DNA of 64,000 nucleotides from Bacteriovoracaceae bacterium (GTDB lineage Bacteria; Bdellovibrionota; UBA1018): NCBI GenBank assembly GCA_947447665.1, contig CANFJX010000008.1, positions 69,149 to 133,148 of the forward strand, read 5' to 3'. Shown piece by piece: positions 59,116 to 64,000 of this stretch (position 1 is its first letter; each line of letters starts with the position of its first letter). The notes under the pieces were generated by a model. It saw only the letters and a program-made list of their open reading frames with translations, ran no database searches and was not told where the DNA came from. The position numbers and the translations under genes were made by a program.

Positions 59116-59889
59116 TTAGTGCGCGCCCTTTGGCAAGGATCCATCCGCTTCGGATTTAGCATAAGCAATCCAATAGATCATTACACCGTAAAAGGCTTTT
59201 GCCAAAACGTCAGAAACGGCATAACCTACTTGAACTCCGACCAGAGAGGCTTCGTGAGAAATGCCCATCATCGGAAACATATAGGTGATCGGGTAGAAGC
59301 CCCAAGTCGCCAAAACCAACAACCGAATGTTTTTCATGAGAACTTGTACATAGGGAGGCTGACCAGGAATGGTCGCGCCCAATTTTCCCCACAATACTGA
59401 GAGAATATAGATGAAAGGGATAGTGCTTAAGGTACCCCAGATAGCGCGAGTGGTCATATCACCAGAAATTTCGCCAGGATATCCCAAGACAATCATCAAA
59501 AAGGCAGCGATAGCTAGCTTACCGAAAAGACCTTCTCGCTCAGATTTAGGAAGGTTAAGAACGGCAACCAATTCGATCAGGAGCAATGGAACAGTCAAAA
59601 GCCAGTCAACATAACGATAAGCATCGTTGAAGGGCTTGCCTGAAGCTACATAAGAGCCGTTCGTGAGAGTAAAGGCTTCTTCCCAACTATTGAAAATACG
59701 GAAGTAGTGATAGCCAGCAATTGCAACGACGACTGAAGAAATGAGAAGAGCAGGACGATACTTCTCACCTACTTGAGTTCTTGCACCAGTGAAAAAAATA
59801 AAAGCTGCAAACATTGCGGCAATCGTAAATGACAACACATTGTACACCAGCATAAACTGTGACGATGTCAGCTGAATCATGCGATTCAT
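59116..59889 (-). CDS. microbial (type-1) rhodopsin, proteorhodopsin/xanthorhodopsin-like proton pump (DTE motif)
   Basis: 7-TM, 257 aa. Helix C RYVDWLLTVPLLLIE has Asp, Thr (+4) and Glu (+11), the DTE triad. Helix G SDVLAKAFYG carries the Schiff-base Lys. Leu at the PR-105-equivalent position. Confidence 0.85.
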   Translation of the reverse strand: MNRMIQLTSSQFMLVYNVLSFTIAAMFAAFIFFTGARTQVGEKYRPALLISSVVVAIAGYHYFRIFNSWEEAFTLTNGSYVASGKPFNDAYRYVDWLLTVPLLLIELVAVLNLPKSEREGLFGKLAIAAFLMIVLGYPGEISGDMTTRAIWGTLSTIPFIYILSVLWGKLGATIPGQPPYVQVLMKNIRLLVLATWGFYPITYMFPMMGISHEASLVGVQVGYAVSDVLAKAFYGVMIYWIAYAKSEADGSLPKGAH

Positions 59890-60318
59890 CCTTCTGAACC
59901 TTTATAGGTCCCTTAAAATTAATTCATTTACCTAGACTAGCTTAACGCAACTAGACCAAGTAAATTACTTTTTTTTAATAATACACTTAAACCTTAACAT
60001 TGTGTTTAAAAATTAAAATATTTTAATTTTATTAGAGCACAAATGTTAAACGGATTGTTTTAATTTAGCTTAAGATTTGATTCAATTTTGACTTAAAATC
60101 AGGATGCCGGTGGGCCACTAGGGCTGGTCGAGAAAAATATTAGATTTCAACCCCACCAAGATTACCAGACTTAAGACCGAGCCTACCTTTTTATGACTCA
60201 ATGCGCCTAGAGGTAGATCAAATCTTAATAGGCTACGAGACACGTCTTGTTGTGAATTTTATTATTTAAAATAGAATTTATATTACTAATTAAATTAAGT
60301 TGAATTAACCTGGCATCG

Positions 60319-61062
60319 ATGAACCTTTTTATCTCTTATTGTATGGCTGTTTTAGGAACTTTTTTCGCAGTTGCTGAAGCTCGGGCAGAAACCTACCTGT
60401 CGGTCGAGGGCTCACTCACTTGGCAAAGCCGAAATGACCAACGTATCCCGGGAAAGGGTGGCACTAACTTCTCACTTAGTCAGCTGAACTCTGGTCCCTT
60501 CGCCAACTACCGCGTTTACTTAGGTCACTTATTTGGTCCGCATCACGAGATTCGAGCTCTTTACGCTCCCTTATCAATCCAGGTCAACGGAAAGCTTGGC
60601 ACCGATGTCCAGTTTATGGACGCCACCTTTGCTTCTGGAACTGACACGATCGGGTTCTATAAATTTAACTCCTACCGCCTCACCTATACTTATCACTTCG
60701 ACCCCGTAAGCGACTGGTATTTCTCCCTTGGGTTTTCAGCAAAAATTCGAGATGCAGAAGTTCGCCTGACTCAAGGGCCACTCATTAAAAGCAAAACTAA
60801 TGTTGGATTTGTTCCTCTGATCAACTTTAGAGTCAAAAAATCATTAGGGAACGATTGGCTTTTCAAGCTTGATTTTGACGGTCTTGCTGCGCCACAAGGG
60901 CGCGCGTTTGACGTGGGAGTCTTTGTTGAGCACCCCCTCCCCCTTGCAGGATGCAGCGCATATATGGGTTATCGAACCATCGAAGGCGGTGCCAATGTTA
61001 CTGAGGTCTATAATTTTGCCTGGTTCCACAGTGCGGTCTTAGGATTTCGCTCCGAATTTTGA
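60319..61062 (+). CDS. putative outer-membrane beta-barrel protein
   Basis: Signal peptide (AVLGTFFAVAEA), amphipathic beta-strand pattern, C-terminal ...GFRSEF ending in Phe. Confidence 0.5.
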   Translation: MNLFISYCMAVLGTFFAVAEARAETYLSVEGSLTWQSRNDQRIPGKGGTNFSLSQLNSGPFANYRVYLGHLFGPHHEIRALYAPLSIQVNGKLGTDVQFMDATFASGTDTIGFYKFNSYRLTYTYHFDPVSDWYFSLGFSAKIRDAEVRLTQGPLIKSKTNVGFVPLINFRVKKSLGNDWLFKLDFDGLAAPQGRAFDVGVFVEHPLPLAGCSAYMGYRTIEGGANVTEVYNFAWFHSAVLGFRSEF

Positions 61063-61168
61063 CCAAGGCTACCGTTATTACATAAAAGATTTTAGTCTAG
61101 CTATAATATTTAATATATGTTACTTACTTCCCCGCCCAAGTCTACCTGTCAGGGCGAGGCGGTAATCC

Positions 61169-61438
61169 ATGACTACGAACGAACTAAAATCGAAAAGCAG
61201 AACAACTCCCCCCAAGAAACTAAAAAAACGGAAGGCCCCCTTCCCCGGTAAGTTGGTAGTTCTCGAGTCACAGCGTTCTCAAAACCATCACCCGCTTCGC
61301 TACAACCTGATCAGTTTACTGACTAAACTACCTAGAATCTTTAAAAGAGTGACCCTCACGCGAGCCGTTTGTCCCCAATGCGCACCCCTCGACGAACCCT
61401 TCTGGAAAAAGGACTTCAACCGACCCCAGGTGATGTAG
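61169..61438 (+). CDS. hypothetical small basic protein
   Basis: 89-aa ORF, no support beyond being an ORF. Confidence 0.25.
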   Translation: MTTNELKSKSRTTPPKKLKKRKAPFPGKLVVLESQRSQNHHPLRYNLISLLTKLPRIFKRVTLTRAVCPQCAPLDEPFWKKDFNRPQVM

Positions 61439-61507
61439 GGTCGGCATGATCCTTAGCCACCTCGGCTGAGCTGCACCCCCCCCCCGATAGACTCGTCCGC
61501 GTGGAAG

Positions 61508-62713
61508 TTACATTAACGGGAGCTCTAAATCTGAGCCAGGAGCTGATGGAGTTATGACCAGGCCGGCATCTCCAGGTATGGCGCCGGCACCGCCGCTTAC
61601 GGTGGTAGCGCCATAAGTTGCCCCATCGTTAATCGTGATGATTCCGCCCGCACCACCTGGGTGACTTAATCCCCCTAGGGCGTTGCCGCCATTTGCCGTA
61701 ATTGCTCCCACAGCGCCGCTAACTGTAATTGTTCCACCTACGCCCTTGCTGGCGGTGGTGTCTGGGGTTGAGCTGTTGTCATAGCCCGCCCCACCGTTGG
61801 CCGTAATTGTGCCAGAGACGGTGCCGCTAGGGTCGATATTAATGTTTCCGCCGTTTCCTCCGCCGCCCGAGGGGTCGCTTCCCGTGCCGCCGTTTGCAGT
61901 GACATCCCCGTTGACTCTGCCGGAGATACCAATTTCGCCGCCACCGCCACCCGAGCCGCCGCCGTTCGCAGTAACGTTCCCGGTGACTATGCCGCCAATT
62001 CTAATACTGCCACCCGAGCCGCCGCCGTTCGCAGTGACGTTCCCATTGACTGTGCTTTCTTCTCCTATAGTAATCACGCCGCCACCACCCCCGTCTCCAC
62101 CATTTACAGTGATATTCCCGGCGACTGGGCCATGAATTTCAATAGAGCCACCCCGGCCGCTGACACTCCCGCCATTGGAGCTGATGTCATCGAGATTGAC
62201 GTCAGTTCCATAGACAGTAATACTCCAACCACTATCACTATCACTTGGCGCATCGCCGTTAATCCCACCCAAAAATGACAGAGTGTCGCCAGCCCCTTGA
62301 ATGCGGATGTTTGGGTTCCAATCTCCCGGCGTCGTCAACTGAGAGAGATTGATACCGCCAAAATGTCCGACACCGAGAGAGATAATCACGGTCCCGTCGC
62401 ACATTTTCTGGTACGTGTCCGCAGCGTTATAAGCAGCCTGAGCAGAGGAGAAAGAAAGAGTGCAGTCGCTCCCCACAGCGGCCGTCCCGTCGCTGCCAGA
62501 AGAACTGAGGCAAGCCATGGGCGAACCGCCCGCGGGGCAGTTCCCTGGGGAAGAGTCGCTGCCTGGGGAAGATTCGCTGCCAGACGGAGACGAGACGTTA
62601 ACATTAACCGTCGCGGTCCCATTGCACCCAGCACCAGAAAAAATGAGAGCAGCCGAAATCACAAATGAGCTGAGAAGGTTGCGACAATAGATTTTCCGAT
62701 TTTGCGATCTCAT
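61508..62713 (-). CDS. secreted Gly-rich repeat protein (beta-helix/adhesin-like)
   Basis: Signal peptide. Many GNVTANGGGSGGS / GDVTANGGTGSD units. Confidence 0.5.
   Translation of the reverse strand: MRSQNRKIYCRNLLSSFVISAALIFSGAGCNGTATVNVNVSSPSGSESSPGSDSSPGNCPAGGSPMACLSSSGSDGTAAVGSDCTLSFSSAQAAYNAADTYQKMCDGTVIISLGVGHFGGINLSQLTTPGDWNPNIRIQGAGDTLSFLGGINGDAPSDSDSGWSITVYGTDVNLDDISSNGGSVSGRGGSIEIHGPVAGNITVNGGDGGGGGVITIGEESTVNGNVTANGGGSGGSIRIGGIVTGNVTANGGGSGGGGGEIGISGRVNGDVTANGGTGSDPSGGGGNGGNINIDPSGTVSGTITANGGAGYDNSSTPDTTASKGVGGTITVSGAVGAITANGGNALGGLSHPGGAGGIITINDGATYGATTVSGGAGAIPGDAGLVITPSAPGSDLELPLM
61840..62140 (-). repeat. degenerate ~36-nt tandem DNA repeats encoding the G-x-V-T-A-N-G-G-x-G units
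   Basis: For example, cacccgagccgccgccgttcgcagt[a/g]acgttcc occurs at 61948 and 62012. Confidence 0.5.
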
Positions 62714-62937
62714 TTTAAACTCTCCTCAAACGTAAAGACTCAATTCCCTATCAATATTTTATGAATAGAGAGTCTTTTTGGCAATATGTGTCATTTTTGA
62801 TTCAATAATTTAAATATATTAACTAGAATCATTTGAAGAAATTCACCTCAAACTGTGCTGCCGATCTCCTTTGATGCTCTGCCCCTTGCAATAGGGCGCT
62901 CGATGCTGTTTAACCTCAAAAAAAGGGAGGAACTCAA

Positions 62938-63831
62938 ATGAAAAAATCCATGCCTGAACCCAGCAAAATCAGTCCTACCGCCAAGATGGTTGCCTATTGG
63001 CGTCAGTTCAGTGATGTACCGTTCGCTCAAGATGTTGCCAGGCTCGTACGTGCAGATGAGGTCTTCGAAGATTTTCTCAAACACACCTCCACCTCCTCCG
63101 AGCACACCGCATGGTTTGCGCCGATGATCGAGGCGCGGTACAAGAGCATGGTCCAGGCAATCCGACAAAAAAACATTAAGCAGGTGCTCGAACTAGCCAG
63201 CGGAGTTTCTCTCCGTGGCCTAGCGATGACCATGGACCCAGAGATGATCTACGTGGAAACTGACCTCCCTGGAATGTCCGAAGAAAAGATCGCGGTGGTG
63301 CGGCAAATCCGAGAGCAACAAAACATCCCCGAGCGGAGCAATCTTTTCTTCCGAGAGGTGAATGTCCTTGAGCGCAAGCAGATGGAAGAGGCGGTTGAAC
63401 CATTTTTTGAGAGCCGACCGATCGCAGTGATTCACGAAGGGCTTTTTCAGTATCTCTCCCTTGAGGAGAAAAAAATAGCCGCGACCCATATTCATTTGAT
63501 CCTGAAACGATTTGGTGGTGTGTGGATGACTCCAGACCTGAACACCGTAGAGGACATCGAACAACGGTGGCAGCACTCGGACGCCATGAAGCAACTAACT
63601 GATAGCATCAAGACAGTGACGGGACGTGATTTTAGAAAATCCGCATTTCAAAGCGAGGCCCACATTCAAGAATTCTTCGAAGCACTCGGGTTCGAGCTGC
63701 AAGCGTTTCCGCAAATTGCCCCGGGTTTGAAGTTAACCTCAGTTGAGAAACTAAATCTCCCTCAAGAAACGGTCAGCAGCTATGCTGCCCATCTCAAGAT
63801 CTGGAGCCTGACGGTCAAGTCGAATAATTAA
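62938..63831 (+). CDS. SAM-dependent methyltransferase of the leucine-carboxyl-methyltransferase-like (LCM / TIGR00027-type) family
   Basis: ISPTAKMVAYWRQFSDVPFAQDVARLV N-terminal pattern and ELASGVSLRG SAM motif. Confidence 0.55.
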   Translation: MKKSMPEPSKISPTAKMVAYWRQFSDVPFAQDVARLVRADEVFEDFLKHTSTSSEHTAWFAPMIEARYKSMVQAIRQKNIKQVLELASGVSLRGLAMTMDPEMIYVETDLPGMSEEKIAVVRQIREQQNIPERSNLFFREVNVLERKQMEEAVEPFFESRPIAVIHEGLFQYLSLEEKKIAATHIHLILKRFGGVWMTPDLNTVEDIEQRWQHSDAMKQLTDSIKTVTGRDFRKSAFQSEAHIQEFFEALGFELQAFPQIAPGLKLTSVEKLNLPQETVSSYAAHLKIWSLTVKSNN

Positions 63832-64000
63832 AAAACTACCCTGCCGGCGCCCACTGACTTAAAAACAGCAAGGCAGGATAGGTCGCTCCCCAGGGGAGAA
63901 TAAACCGATTGAGTCCCAAAACCCAGGCGTTGCCAATATGAAAGCAAAGGCCCAATCCGATGTAAAAAACACAAACCTCGGGCCGTGAGACGGCTAATGG

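Noticed and set aside
61797-62135. 112-aa Pro-rich plus-strand ORF (PPPPEG..., FAVTSPLTLP...)
   Set aside because: It is the antisense reading of the Gly-rich repeat gene (GGN codons read as NCC give Pro). The minus-strand protein has a signal peptide and coherent repeats, so the Pro-rich ORF is a mirror artefact.

Overview
This 64 kb window reads as chromosomal DNA from a Gram-negative, motile, chemotactic bacterium. It is densely coded (roughly 60 genes on both strands) and has no rRNA, CRISPR array, transposase or integrase. GC content and organism identity were not determined; no GC calculation was done.

The backbone is ordinary metabolism and stress genes. Examples are an aldehyde dehydrogenase plus class-III aminotransferase operon, OsmC, HrpB helicase, a copper-type P1B ATPase, an SDR, a nitroreductase, MsrAB, MscL, Hsp20, hemerythrin, a 5'-nucleotidase, PrkA, an RluA-family pseudouridine synthase, PdxH and a CDF transporter. 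There are two large chemosensory genes (a triple-PAS MCP and a 1521-aa CheB-CheR-PAS-HisKA-REC fusion).

Four regions look accessory or unusual:
1. 4.9-12 kb carries secreted proteins with eukaryote-like domains: a DXD-motif (TcdB/Lgt-type) glycosyltransferase and a protein ending in a textbook RING-H2 finger. A radical-SAM/SPASM enzyme and an FGE-motif protein sit nearby.
2. 21.6-25.4 kb holds a GtrB-like GT2, a methyltransferase and a large polytopic membrane protein.
3. 48.8-54.5 kb is a tRNA-His-associated mini-island. A 63-bp direct repeat that includes the tRNA 3' end flanks a BrnT/BrnA toxin-antitoxin pair. It is followed by a DUF4143 AAA ATPase with iteron-like upstream repeats, a rhodanese, methyltransferases and an XRE antitoxin paired with a stop-codon-disrupted RelE-like gene. 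A deaminase-fold protein sits just upstream of the tRNA.
4. 54.7-59.9 kb is a compact light-harvesting gene island. It has a DTE-motif proton-pump rhodopsin, a Brp/Blh retinal-forming dioxygenase, and the tailoring set for a 4-keto carotenoid acyl-glycoside (CrtW ketolase, CruF-like hydratase, acyltransferase, GT2 glycosyltransferase). This predicts a xanthorhodopsin-type carotenoid antenna system.

All calls come from reading the sequence and remembered family motifs; no database searches were run.
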